Assembly (NCBI GenBank): GCA_951406725.2
Contig: OX597817.1
Location: 58,652,001-58,716,000, forward strand
Length of the DNA stretch: 64,000 bases
Reading direction: 5' to 3'
From: Octopus vulgaris
Lineage: Eukaryota
Positions 1-12,722 of this stretch are shown piece by piece. The notes under the pieces are model-generated. The model did not search any database. It saw nothing but the letters and a program-made list of their open reading frames with translations, and was not told the DNA's origin. Every line of letters starts with the position of its first letter. Position 1 is the stretch's first letter. The position numbers and the translations under genes were made by a program.

Positions 1-56
1 AATTTTTAGACATGAATATATGTATATATATATGTATATATATATGTGTATATATA

Positions 57-112
<56 letters not shown>

Positions 113-158
113 AATGCACACATATATAGACGCACGCACAAATTTTTAGACATGTATA

Positions 159-189
<31 letters not shown>

Positions 190-241
190 GTATATATAAA
201 TGCACACATATATAGACGCACGCACAAATTTTTAGACATGA

Positions 242-280
<39 letters not shown>

Positions 281-517
281 TACATACATACATATATACA
301 CACACGTACACATTTAGACATGAAAAAATATACACATACACGCACAAATATACATGCGCACACATACACGCTCGCGCACGTACATACGCGCACACAAACA
401 TACATTTCGACACATACATAATCCCGATATATACATTCATGCGCACATGCACGCGTACCTACGCAAACGTACCTACGCACACGATACATAAATAATACAA
501 GCACACACACACACACA
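1..517. repeat. Compound (TA)n/(CA)n microsatellite with recurring anchor AATTTTTAGACATG
   Basis: Long TA/CA runs; the anchor motif recurs near 1, 141 and 227. The ORFs here are YIYI/VCVC artefacts. Confidence 0.9.
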
Positions 518-981
518 GTCTTTAATCAGTATATATATCCACAGCCATACCCATCTGGTAAGCCATACATTTAAGTTCATACGTCTATTGACAGAAGATT
601 AACGACCTTTCCATCCTAATTAAATATTGTATTAAGCAGAAAAGCATCGACTTCAGATTGTCCAATATGCGGATTCTTAACTCCTTCACAACAGCTCAGC
701 CTCATACTTAATTTCAATGCTGTATTTATTGTCATTTACTGATGTAGCTAATTAAGGAAATAATTAAACAGTTGCTAACATTGCGATCCAATTTCTGATT
801 TGGTTAAGGATTTACAAATATTATTAATCAGTTATTCATTCCCCTCGCCAGTGTTGTTAAGCAATTATTGGTAAACGAATTACTTTTCTAGTCAAGCCAG
901 TAGTGATAGGGTTAGCAAAATATATTTTGTTTCAATCGGTGTGGCCATGCTGGAGCAGAACCTAGTAATTATTTTTAAGTC

Positions 982-1265
982 TAGGAAATGCAAGTGCAGG
1001 ACCGCCCTGTCTAGCGTAGCAGCATCCACAGAGGTGCCAACTCCTACGAACAGAATAGGGTCGCAGGAGCACAAAGAGAGCTTGAGCTGCGCAAATCCAT
1101 AGCCAACTCCTTGCATTCATTCTCAGCAGACCACCATTGCCTGGCCTGCAGCAGAGCCTTCGGATCACGCATCGGACTGACCAGCCACGGGCGGACGCAC
1201 CCATCTTATTCTCTCAAGTGATGTCTTGGTCATCGTCGACAACGACGGACGAAAATTATTATTAC
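982..1265 (+). mobile_element. 3' end of an RTE-clade LINE with C-terminal C2H2 zinc finger (degenerate)
   Basis: Frame 982-1221 reads (W)EMQVQDRPV(W)RSSIHRGANSYEQNRVAGAQRELELRKS...HHCLACSRAFGSRIGLTSHGRTH with two TAG stops at expected Trp positions. It is followed by a short 3'UTR and a TTA-repeat tail. Confidence 0.8.
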
Positions 1266-1760
1266 TTCAATGTGACGCTGGGTACAAATATACGAAGCCC
1301 AGTATACCCATCATGACTACCCGTCTGATAAGGGTACACCAGGCACATGCATCACAATCGTATGTGCACGACATGGAGATCTCATATCAAGATAAACAGC
1401 GCATGACCTTGCAGGTGGGACCCAGTTAGAATTTTCTTCAGGCCAAGTAGCTCATCTTGCTTAAATGATCTGTGAATAAGGTTTGTTTAAAGATGACGAA
1501 TAAAACACCCATGTTTCCATAGGTGAATTAGTCAAACCGCAAAGAATTCCTCCCAACACATGGCTATGATGCTCCCCCACTACTTCTGCTCGTGATCAGA
1601 GATGCACACATCGTCAGCCACTAAGGGACATGCTCAACAGTTGAGGGTCAAACAACTTTCAAGCAAATTATAGCCCATCTTTTTATACCAAGACAAACAT
1701 GTGCATAACACTTCCAATCAATTAAGACCAGAAGCCATGAGAGCCAATGCCGGGTACGTA
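1266..1760. mobile_element. Probable interspersed repeat, class unresolved
   Basis: Higher-GC, non-coding block abutting the LINE tail. It resembles an abundant octopus repeat by recall only; there is no second copy in the window. Confidence 0.35.
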
Positions 1761-1789
1761 CAACAGATTAAACTGTTTGAAAGGAAAAA

Positions 1790-2030
1790 TTCCTAACATC
1801 GGGCTACAACAAGTAACCTCAGATGCCAAGAACCTTCCTAAGTATCCAAGTTGTCCCTAATAACACTTTTCTGAAGCTGCACTCGACTATTCCCTCTACC
1901 CATCGGTTCAACTCTTTAAGGATAGTTCCTAATGCGCCTATAACTACAGGGGTACATTTTACCCGCTCCTTCCATGGCCTCTGTAACTCAATGACTTGAT
2001 CCTGGTATTTTGCTATTTTCTTTGTACCTC
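1790..2030 (-). mobile_element. C-terminal fragment of an R4/Dong-type (restriction-like endonuclease) non-LTR retrotransposon
   Basis: Peptide KKIAKYQDQVIELQRPWKERVKCTPVVIGALGTILKELNRW...LLGTTWILRKVLGI matches the K..KY.DL...PVVIGALG...LLGTARILRKVL end of R4-clade ORFs. Confidence 0.75.
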
Positions 2031-2303
2031 TCATTATTATTATTGATAGGTTTGGGGCAGCTGCCCATGTGTGCAAGTCTTCCTCTGTGTGTGTATGCAT
2101 GCATATGTATATGTGTTTGTGTATATATATATGTGTGTGCATGCGTGTGTATATATATGTGTATATATTATGTCTATCACTGTTTGAGTTGCATAATAGT
2201 GGTTTTATCTCTAATTCATATTTTATATTTTATATATTTATACTATGAAATTTGATTTAATACTAAATTGAATTTTTCCCTGTAAGTTTGGAGTTATACT
2301 CCC

Positions 2304-2372
<69 letters not shown>

Positions 2373-3057
2373 ACTTGCACGTATATTCTACTCTAACTCC
2401 GAGCCAACCCATGCCTTTTGAGTGAATTTGGTAGACGGAAACTTTGTGGAAGCCCATCTCATATGTTTGTCGTCCCCTGCCCACCTCACCGCTTAACCCC
2501 CTGTTTTGTGTACGCCCCAGTAACTTAGGGATGCAGTAAAAAAGACCGACAGAATAAGAACCAGACTTAAATACTAAGTACAGGAGTGTTGCCCCAGCAT
2601 GGTCGCAATTCAATGGCTGAAACAAACATAAAAGAGAAAGATAAAACGTGTGTGCGTGTGTAATTGAATGTACTCGCTGTTCTGTTTGGAGTGATTTTCT
2701 CACCTCCAGCAAGTCTGACTCACCCTAAACAGATGTTCACAGAAAGTTCATTTCGTTTACACATTTTGTGCCATTTAACTTGAATGACCTGACGTCAATT
2801 GGCATCCTGATATTTTCGACGAATAACATTTGTAAAGAGATTTCCCCAAGTAAGTGTGAAACTGCAAATAACACCAGCGTATCAGCAATCGTTTCTAATT
2901 TCCCTTCGTTTTTTCTTTTTTCATTGACAATTATTCCAATTGCACCAGCGTTTGGCTTTTCATTTATGAAATTTATGAACTCAAAGAGCGGCCCAGCAGG
3001 CCGGTCCCTGGCTCACTGTGTTGTCGAAAGTAACAAGTAGTGTTTGTTTATGTAGGG

Positions 3058-3208
3058 CAGTCATTGGCAAACTGCGGTTAGTGGGCCTTCGGAGTGGCAC
3101 ACATAACGAAACATTAACTTCGTACTTCTTATTTTTATAAATGCAGCCCGCTTGGAGATGATCCATGTCTTATGCGGCCCACTTTTCGTAAAAGGTTGCC
3201 CATACCAG
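3058..3208. mobile_element. Degenerate hAT-type MITE
   Basis: Ends CAGTCATTGGCAAACTGCGG and GCGGCCC...AAAAGGTTGCCCATACCAG are imperfect inverted termini typical of Charlie-like hAT elements. Confidence 0.45.
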
Positions 3209-3289
3209 GTGAAGAGTTTGAATTCGAAAGAAATCGTGAGAGTAAAAAGCAGTTGATAAACGAAGTGGATTTTATATAAGATCCTTTCT

Positions 3290-3666
3290 GCTATCGGCAC
3301 AAGGCCTGAAATTTTGGGAGGGAGCCAGTCGATTAGATCGACCCCCGTGTTTCACTGGTACTTAATTTCTCGACACCGAAAGGAAGAAAGGCAAAGTCGA
3401 CCTCCATGGAATTTGAACCCGGAATGTAGCGGCAAGCGAAATACCTATTTCTTTACTACCCACAAGTGGCTAAACACAGCGGGGACAGACAAGCGGATTA
3501 AGTCGATTATATCGACCCCAGTGCGTAACTGGTACTTATTTAATCAACCCCGAAAGGATGAAAGGCAAAGACGACCTCGGCGGAATTTGAACTCAGAACG
3601 TAGCGGCAGACGAAATACCGCTAAGCATTTCGCCTGGCGTGCTAACGTTTCTGCCAGCTCGCCACC
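3290..3666 (-). mobile_element. tRNA-derived SINE, family A (dimeric copy)
   Basis: Minus-strand head GGCGAGCTGGCAGAAACGTTAGCAC...GAGTTCAAATTCC with A/B-box-like motifs, then the TTTCATCCTTTCGGGGT(C/T)GAT core. Other copies at about 9720-10495, 17025-17210, 17980-18180, 55075-55240, 57678-57910 and 63265-63497. Confidence 0.8.
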
Positions 3667-5134
3667 TTCACTGGATTTTATACAGGTCCCCGTCGTCAGG
3701 CAACGATGATCACGTATCTATACGCGCGACAGGATTTGACCTTAAAAAGAAGACACTCGGATCAAGCGTGGAATTGAGAAGCAAACTTCTTACCACACGA
3801 CCACACGAGGAATAAATTGGTTTGTCGCAAGGAAAAAGATTCTAGCAATTCCAAAGTTTATTCTACACCATGAGATAACATCCTCAGCCAGGTACCTTTC
3901 CTCAGTTTAGGGGTCAGCTTGCCAAAACTTTCCAGTTCCCTCTACCTTATATGCATGTAATCAGCCAGGCCCTTATTTCCAGTTCATCTTTCTATGCCAT
4001 CCATCCATAAATGTCTGACAGCCTTTTGCTCTCTTCCCCTCCACATTTCCTTGGCAGTGACTCGTACTACTCACGGTGCATCGTATGTCCAAAATATAGT
4101 TTGGGGAACGTCGTCAACAATTGAAGTCTTTGTACTTTCAGATTTTCTTGCACTGCAGCGTTTGTTACCTTATTTTTCCAGCTTATTCTGGCCAATCTAC
4201 AAAAGCTCCACATTTCAAGAGCTCTTAACATCTCTGTTGCTCTTTATACTGTCCAAGTTACTGACCCGTAATGGACAATTGGCACAATACAACCGTTTAC
4301 AAGCTTCAAACTGATAACATCAGGCATTGCTGCCAAATAGGCGAGTCATTAGAACATCGGAAGAAATCCATTGCGTTATTCTGGCTCCTTGCGTTCCAAG
4401 TTCAAATTCTGCCGAGGTTACTTTTGTTATTTAACCTTCACGGATCGGTAAATAAAGTCCCAGTTTAAGGGGTTACCAGAATAGCTAGAACATCGGACGA
4501 AACGTCTTGCAGTATTTGCCAGGCATTTTGTTTTCGGAGTTCAAATCCTATCGTGAGTCGCATAAGTGATAGACTTAATCTATCGTCCGGTTTAACAGAA
4601 CTACTATCGGCAAATGAGACTGATAGAATAAGGACCCGGCTTAAAAGGAAGGCATTTAAGCGTTGGGGTCAATTTATTCAACTAAAATTCTACAAGACTT
4701 TGCTCCAACATGGCCACAATCTGATGACTGAAACAAGTAAAAGAAAAAAACCCAATTAGACTCATAAGTTTCTTCAGAGCTGAGCGTGTGAAAATGTGTG
4801 GCCAAGTGGTTAGCGTAGCTGGATCATGAACGTAAGGATTAGGGTTCAATAACTGGATCAGGCGGCATTTTGGTGTCCTTGAGCAAGGCACATTTCACAT
4901 GACTTCAGTCTACTCGGCTGTAAATGTGTACACACAGAAGGGGTGCTGGTTCAATCTTTACATCGTCAGTGTTTCCCAGGGTGAGTGTGTCTGCTGTTAA
5001 CTGCACAAACGTCTAGAACAACAAGCAATATCATGGGACATGTTTACCAAGGCATACTCTATATAAAGTGCATATGTTTCTGTAGTAGGTGCAGTATAGA
5101 CAAATAGTTAAGATGCTCATTTTGTCATCACAAG

Positions 5135-6660
5135 GTGCTGGTATCACATAAAAGGCATATGTGCTGGTGCCATATAAGATACACCTGTGCTGGCTCCATG
5201 TAAAATGCACCTGTGCAGGTGCCACATAAGAAGTACGTCCACTGGTGCAACATAAAAAGTACTGCCACTAGTGTCACATAAAAAGTACTGCCACTGGTGC
5301 CACATAAGTACCGCCACTGGTGCCACATAAGAAGTACCTCCACTGGTGCCACATAAGAAGTAGCACCATTGGTGACACATAAAAAGTACCGCCACTGGTG
5401 CCACATAAAAAGTACCGCCACTGGTGCCACATAAAAAGTACCGCCACTGGTGCCACATAAAAAGTACCTCCACTGGTGCCACATAAAATGTACCACCACT
5501 GGTACCACATAAAAAGTACCATCACTGGTGCCGAATAAATGGAACACCACTGGTGCCACATAAAAGGTATTTCCACTGCTACCACATAAAATGTACTGCC
5601 ACTGGTGACACATAAAATGTACCACCACTGGTGCCACATAAAAGGTATTTCCACTGCTACCACATAAAATGTACCACAACTAGCACCACATAAAATGTAC
5701 TGCCACTGGTGTCACATAAAAAGTACAACCACTGGTGCCACTTAAATTGCACCGCCACTGGTTCCACATAAAATGTACTGCCACTGGTGACACATAAAAT
5801 GTACCACCACTGGTGCAACATAAAATGTACTGCCACTGGTACCACATAAAAAGTACCACCACAGATACCACATAAAAAGTACCGCCACTGGTGCCACATA
5901 AAATGTACCACCACTGGTGTCACATAAAATGTACTGCCACTGGTGCCACATAAAATGTACCGCCACTAGTAACACATAAAATGTACCACCACTGGTGCCA
6001 CATAAAATGTACCACCACTGGTACAAAATAAAATGTACCGCCACTGGTACCACATAAAAAGTACCACCACTGGTTCCACAAAAAGTACCGCCACTGGTGC
6101 CACATAAAATGTACCACTGCAGGTACTACATAAAAAGTACCGCCACTGGTGCCACATAAAATGTACCACCACTGATGCCACATAAAAAGTACCACCACTG
6201 GGTCCACATAAAATGTACTAACCTCCACTGGTGCTACATAAAAAGTACCGCCACTGGGTCCACATGAAATTTACTGCCACTGGTGCCACATAAAATTATA
6301 CCACCACTGGTGCCACATAAAATTTACCACCACTGGTGCCACATAAAATTTACCACCACTGGTGCCACATAAAATTATACCACCACTGGTACCACATAAA
6401 AAGTACCGCCACTGGTGCCACATAAAAAGTACCGCCACTGGTGCCACATAAAATGTACCACCACTGGTACCACATAAAAAGTACCACCACTGGTACCACA
6501 TAAAAAGTACCACCACTGGTACCACATAAAATATACCACCACTGGTGTCACATAAAATGCACTTCCACTTGTGCCACATAAAAAATACATGGACTGGTGC
6601 CATGTAAAATGCATCTGTATGGGAACCACATAGCATCCATGCTGCTACCACATGAAAGGC
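5135..6660. repeat. 26-bp minisatellite (CCACATAAAA[A/T]GTACC[G/A]CCACTGGTG)n, roughly 55-60 copies
   Basis: Direct 26-bp periodicity, e.g. 5401-5426 repeated. It runs into an RTE-type retroelement tail at 6660-6830. Confidence 0.95.
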
Positions 6661-7771
6661 ACCTAGTATATCCTGTAAAGTGGCTGGCATTAGGAAGGGC
6701 ATCAACTGCAGAAAGCAAGCTGATACAGACAATGGAGCTGGGTGCAACCCTCCAGCTTGCCAGTTCCTTGTGAAACTATCCAATCGATGGCAGCATAGAA
6801 AATGGTCGTTTGACGTTGATGTGATGGTGATAGTGAAAGTCCTTTGTTCAATCCAACTGAGTGGCCATCTCATGGAAAAATATTACTTTTTATACCCATG
6901 GGGTCAACCCATAATTTGTGAATGAAGTCAGGGTTGATGGAAACTGTAAAGAATCCTGCTGGATGATAATTCAGTGATACAGCTTTATCTCACACTGTGT
7001 AATACTGATTCTACCTGAGCATTGCATTAAAGATACTTGCCTGGAATACTCAGCCAGTTACAGATTAATCCAATGAACAGTTAATTCACTCGACTGAATA
7101 ACTGAATCTTCATTGGCCAAACTGAGATCCCTCCATATTCGTGTGTGTGAGGGGGGGGGATTAAGTCTATCTCTCTTACCACATGACAGTGTTAGTTTGT
7201 TTACTTCCACTATAACTTATCTGTTTAGCAAAAGAGACTTATACTAACTACTGAGATTGATCCGATTGGTTAAAAACCTTCAAGGTGGCGCTCCAGCATG
7301 GCTGCAGTCCAATGACTGAAACAAGTGAAAAGAATACATCATCATGATTTAACGTCTGTTTTTCCATGCTGGCATGGGTTGGACAGCTTGACTGGAGCTG
7401 GCAAGGCCAGGGCCTGCACCATGTTCTACAGTTTATTTAGCCTTGGTCTCCACAGCTGGACGCCCTTCTTAATGCCATCCACTTTACACAGTGTACTGGG
7501 TGCTTTTTTCATGTGGCACCAGCACCAGTGCATTTTATGTAGCACTTGAGTTTTAGAATACCAATTCTGTTGAGGTGGACAGTTCTTCCAGAGTACAACA
7601 ATGCACCACACACCTTGGTCCTCTCTCAATGCATTGTCTATAAACAATCATGTGACCCAGTTATGAAGGATGTTATCCAATCAGACTTCTCGTTCTCTTC
7701 TATGCCAGGCCAATCCAGAGGAAAGGCAGAGCAAACTGCTAACTCTTTGACTGTTCTAAAGATCAATTTAA

Positions 7772-7991
7772 CCCTTTCGTTACTGTATTTCTGTTGAGAT
7801 GCTCTGTGTTTCTTTCAATTACTTTAAATATAACAAAGAATTTAGTAAAATAACTTAATTATCATTAAGCCAGTGTCAGGAACATAAATTGTGACTAGGG
7901 TTTGGTGGAAGATTTTAATTCAAAATTTATGAAAACAAGACATTTGTACTCATAGCCAGAGCCAGTTTCTGCCGGGCTGGTAACGAAGGGG
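7772..7991. mobile_element. piggyBac-type MITE
   Basis: TTAA on both sides (7768-7771, 7992-7995); TIRs CCCTTTCGTTAC / GTAACGAAGGGG. A second copy lies in opposite orientation at 48552-48772. Confidence 0.9.
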
Positions 7992-8597
7992 TTAATATCA
8001 ATGGCCCCCAAATAGGGTTCATATCAGATATGAAGCTAAGAACCAAGAAATTTTATACTTAGCCAAAAGGTGAAGCAGAATCGAGAAAATTCTGAGAAGT
8101 TTTTAATTGTAAGAAAATGATTAAACAACAAAAGTCTCCATGTTATATTTTGATTCAATAAAAATAATTCAACAATTTCAATAATATAATTAATTTTATT
8201 TACAAATAATAAATTGGTTTTCATAACAGTGTCAGAAACGCTGGACGGACAAAGATTGAGATGGAAACAGAAGGAAAAATAAACTAAACAAAAAACTTGT
8301 CTTTGGAAGAATTGACGGAGATTTTCATTAATAAATGCATACATATACAAACATACACACACACACACAGCTGCATAGAGGGTGTATATATATATTCACA
8401 CACAACACAAACATATATATATACTGACGAATATACATAATATGCATATATATTTAGATATATACTGACAAATACGCCTAAAACATGTATATAAGTGCGC
8501 ATACATATACACACAGTAGAGAGAGGGAGAGATCTATAGGGAGTTATTGTCACATATATGCATGTTCAGAGATATTCATACACACTATATATACACT

Positions 8598-8930
8598 GGC
8601 ACATGGCTTAGTGGTTAGAGCGTCAAGCTTATGACCATGAGGTTGTGAGTTTGAATCCCAGACCAGACTACGTGCTGTGTTCTTGAGCAAGACACTTTAT
8701 TTCGCGTTGCTCCAGTTCACTCAGCTGTAGAAATGAGTTGTGACGTCATTGGTGCCAAACTGTATTGGCCCCTTTGCCTTTCCCTTGGATAACATCAGTG
8801 GTGTGGAGAGGGGAGGGCAGTATGTATGGGCGACTGCTGGCCTTCTACAAACAACCTTGCATGGACTTGTGCCTGGTAGGATAACTTTCTAGGTGCAATC
8901 CCATGGTCATTTGTGACTGAAGGCGGTCTC
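8598..8930 (+). mobile_element. tRNA-derived CORE-like SINE
   Basis: A box TGGCTTAGTGG, B box GAGTTTGAATCC, then a GTGTTCTTGAGCAAGACACTTTATTTC core. Related heads or cores at about 15570-15890, 48325-48550, 55410-55615 (-) and 63500-63680 (-). Confidence 0.75.
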
Positions 8931-9044
8931 CCCATACACTGACATATTCCATTTCATGCAAATGTTGCATTCCAGAAAATCTTGCTCTAACATGGAATTC
9001 TACAACAAACATGAAACACTGTGTGTGTATGTGTGTGTGTATAT

Positions 9045-9540
9045 AATCAAATGAAATCAAAATAGATGAACATCAATGGAATTTGTATCTTTGCGGTACC
9101 AGTGCCGGTGGCACACAAGAAAACCATCCGAACGTGGCCGTAGCCAGTACCGCATCGACTGGCCTCCGTGCTGTGGGCACGTAAGAAACACCATCCGATC
9201 ATGGCCGTTCGTCAGCCTCGTCTGGCACCTGTGTTGGTGGCACATAAAAACACCATCCGAGCGTGGCCGTTCGCCAGCCTCGTCTGGCACCTGTGTCGGT
9301 GGCACATAAAAACACCATCCGAGCGTGGCCGTTCGCCAGCCTCGTCTGGCACCTGTGTCGGTGGCACATAAAATCACCCACTACACTCTCGGAGTGGTTG
9401 GCGTTAGGAAGGGCATCCAGCTGTAGAAACACTGCCAGATCTGACTGGCCTGGTGCAGCCTTCGGGCTCCCCAGACCCCAGTTGAACCGTCCAACCCATG
9501 CTAGCATGGAAAGCGGACGTTAAATGATGATGATGATGAT
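9045..9540 (+). mobile_element. 5'-truncated RTE LINE 3'UTR with internal ~59-bp tandem units and (GAT)n tail
   Basis: Near-identical to the reverse complement of 40232-40720, which is contiguous with an RTE ORF end. It ends in GGAAAGCGGACGTTAAATGATGATGAT. Confidence 0.85.
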
Positions 9541-9719
9541 ATATGCCTACATACATATAGATACGCACACACAAATACGTATATTTATCTATTTATGTAA
9601 AGTACAATAGAGTACAACTGATACATAGTTGAGTACAGAACACCCACAGAAACAGACATCAGCTTGTACTTAACATCAAAATCAGCCACTATTAGATGTT
9701 AATAATAATAATAATAATG

Positions 9720-10495
9720 ATTTCAAATTTTGGCATAAGGCCAGCAAGTTCAGAGGAGGGGGTAAGACGATTACATCAACCCCAGTGATCAACTGGTACT
9801 TTATCGACCCCTAAAGGACAAAAGGCAAAGTTGACCTCAGCAGAATTTGAACTCAGGACGTAAAGACAGAAAAAATGCCATTGAGCATTTTGTCCAGTGC
9901 AATAACAATTCTGCTAACTTGCTGCTAAAATAATGGTAATTCTTTCTACTAAAGACACAAGGCCTGAAATTTTGGGGGAGGGGACTAGTCGATTACATTG
10001 ACCCCACTGTTTCACCGGTACTTAATTTATCGACCCCATAAACGGATAAAAGGTAAAGTTGACCTTGGTAGCATTTGAACTGCTAACCTGAAGACAGAAG
10101 AAATACCTATTTCTTTACTACCCACAAGGAGCTAAACATAGAACAAACAAGGACAGACAAATGGATTAAGCTGATTACGTCCACCCCAGTGCGTAACTGA
10201 TACTTAATTTATCGACCCCGAAAGGATGAAAGGCAAAGTCGACCTTGGCAGAATTTGAACTCAGACGAAATACCTATTTCTTTACTACCCACAAGGGGCT
10301 AAACACAGAGAGGACAAACACGGACAGACAAATGGATTAAGTCGATTACATCGACCCCAGTGCATAACTGGTACTTAATTTATCGACCCTGAAAGGATGA
10401 AAGGCAAAGTCGACCTCAGTGGAATTTGAACTCAGAATGTAGTGGCAGACAAAATACCACTAAGCATTTCACCCAGCATACTAAGGATTCTGGCA
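9720..10495 (-). mobile_element. Head-to-tail concatemer of four family-A SINE units
   Basis: The block GATTACATCGACCCCAGTG...ATCGACCCCGAAAGGATGAAAGGCAAAGTCGACC...GAATTTGAACTC occurs four times in tandem. Confidence 0.85.
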
Positions 10496-12319
10496 GAGGA
10501 GGGGTATGGGGAGGTGAAGAGGAGGTACAATATGTTTGCTCCATGTTCTGTGTGTTCTTTACTTTGATCCTCTTGTGATCTCTTTACTCTGCTTTTGCAG
10601 TGATTCAGTTACACACACACATTAACCATAAAATGTTGTTTTGTCCCCTCCTCAGTAAATCCAGGAGCAAAAAAGAAAAACCTTAAGCTATGACCATTGT
10701 CTTTTGCTTTTTTGATTACCATTATCCAGTGTCTATTATTTAAAGACATTAAATTACAGACTGAAGGAGATTTTATTTGCTATTTCTAGCATGTTGATTG
10801 ACCACATAGAGGCTCCTTTACTGTCAACAAAGGCAATTTGTACATGTGGACAATCCTGTCACACAAAACTGAATCTGGTCTCACCTAAGTCGCCAAGACA
10901 TTCTATTTTTATCTTTACATTAAATAATTAAACCCAATGATTTAACGAACAGGGAAGCTTCAATGTTGTCCCTTGTTCTTCCAGAAATAACAAATGTCTT
11001 TCAAATCTTGTAAAAAAAAAAAAACACAAAGAAAGACCTTAGATAATTATTCTCCTAGATACACAGTGTCTGGAATTAAGATGAAGTGTCTATATTCGCA
11101 CTGCCTTTTAATTACGATTATAAGTCTGCTCCACCAGATTTGGCCTGGGGCCAAACAGCAATTTATGGGAAATAGTCTCAAAGTTAGCAATAAACTTCAG
11201 AAAGATGAACTAAATAAATTGTAATACTTGGTTGAGTTTTAAATGCTGGGCCTGAAGTGAGACTAAATAGATGGTTGTGTATATTTGTTTAGTATTGGGC
11301 CTCACAAATTCTGGGTTGGTGACCACTGAGAGTGAGGCACCCCTTAGCTTTTGTTAAAAGCAGGTTTCTAGACCCTGCATAAAACTTGGGCTAAGTCTGC
11401 TCCAATAATCAGACTGGGTCAGCAAATCCTCAGCAGGATGAACTGCTGTGGTCCAAGCTATTCTGTGGCATGTGACCAGAGACCACTTGTGAATTTGTAT
11501 TTCCACAGCAACTCCCAACACAAATTCTATGCCACAACAGTGAACGACAACTATGGCTACAGTGCCTGTACTGTCTGACACGTTTCCCCCAGTGGGGCAT
11601 CTTATCAAATTCGTCAGATGTGGTCAGCATTTGTAAGGGATGTGGGGAACTTGTTGGTCAGAGCTGGCTGAATGTCACTGTTAGTACAAGTGAATTCATG
11701 GCTGTATTTATTTATTGAAAACCCCCTTCTGTTTTGGTTGGTTTAGTAATGTTTGACAAGATGTTTGACAGGACGTTTAGTAATGGAGCTGAGATGTTTG
11801 ACAAGAAATTGTTGTTGAATGACCAAGTTATTGACATGGAACAAGCCAGCCTTTCAGACCTAAGTGAGTGGGATCAAAGGAGGGGAGAAAGAAGGTAAGG
11901 GGGAGGTATGGGGATGGAGATCGGGGAAGAGAAAGCAAGGGAGTGAGAGGGGGCGAGAGAGACGAGGTCGGATGACACACTAAACCCTTATCTGAAGCCC
12001 TACAAACATGTTTCAGTTGTAGCCACCACAGACACTCCCATCCTACCCTGTCCCTTATTTTTGCCTCTGGCCCAGACTCAAGGCTACAAATATTTTATTT
12101 ACTACATGACTCAAAGTAGATAAAGCTATTAAAACCCCTTTTGGATAGGAAAAAATTAGGGTTGCCCCTAGGACTCCAGCTATTGTAAATGTGAGAGATA
12201 GCACCAGAGAAATCCTCCAAATTTCTCCATCCATTTAAGAAGCTTTGTTCTTCTTAGCAAGAATTGTTTGTTAAAAGAATTTTGAAACTGAGAGAATGGG
12301 GATTAATTTTTAACTTAAT

Positions 12320-12722
12320 ATTTATCTTTCCTTTTGCCTTTCACTTATTTGTCTTTAGATTGTGGCCATGCTACAGCACTGCCTTTAAGGGTTTTAATTG
12401 AATGAATTGACCCCAGTACTTATTTTCCTTCTTAAACCCGATACTTAATCTATTGATCTCTTGTGCTGACCCACTAAATTATGGGAGACATAAACAAACA
12501 AACACCAGCTGAGCACTGGTAAGGGAACAAACACAGACACACATACAGATATATGATGGGGCTTCTTTCAGTTTCCGTTTACAAAGTCCACTTATAAGGC
12601 TTTGGTTGAAAAATGGGGCTTGGGGCTACAGAAGTCAATTGCCCAAAGTGCCATGCAATGGGACTGAACCCAGAACCCTGTAGTTTAGAAGCAAGCTTCT
12701 TAACACACTATCCACACACCTG
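12320..12722 (-). mobile_element. tRNA-derived SINE, family B (CORE-like, internal CA microsatellite)
   Basis: Shared block CTTCTTTCAGTTTCCGTCTACCAAATCCACTCACAAGGCTTTGG...GGGACTGAACCC. Further copies at about 2390-2645, 21836-21965, 27330-27840, 29215-29400, 36795-37205, 37660-38037, 45875-46300, 46730-46900, 51148-51395 and 51895-52265. Confidence 0.8.

Noticed and set aside
6-516. Long YIYI/VCVC/THTH ORFs (also at 38572-39304, 47490-48047, 56192-56435)
   Set aside because: Translations of TA/CA microsatellites.
655-678. Resemblance to miR-219-5p (AGATTGTCCAATATGCGGATTCT)
   Set aside because: Only the seed region matches. There are several mismatches to the conserved mature sequence and no complementary arm forming a pre-miRNA hairpin.
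5135-6660. CRISPR-like array or repetitive protein (many overlapping ORFs, palindromic unit)
   Set aside because: Units are contiguous with no unique spacers, there are no cas genes and the context is eukaryotic. The ORFs are open in several frames only because the unit lacks stops on one strand.
11340-11680. Balanced-GC block that could be an exon
   Set aside because: Only short frames, no recognisable motif and no convincing splice pair; more likely an old TE fragment.
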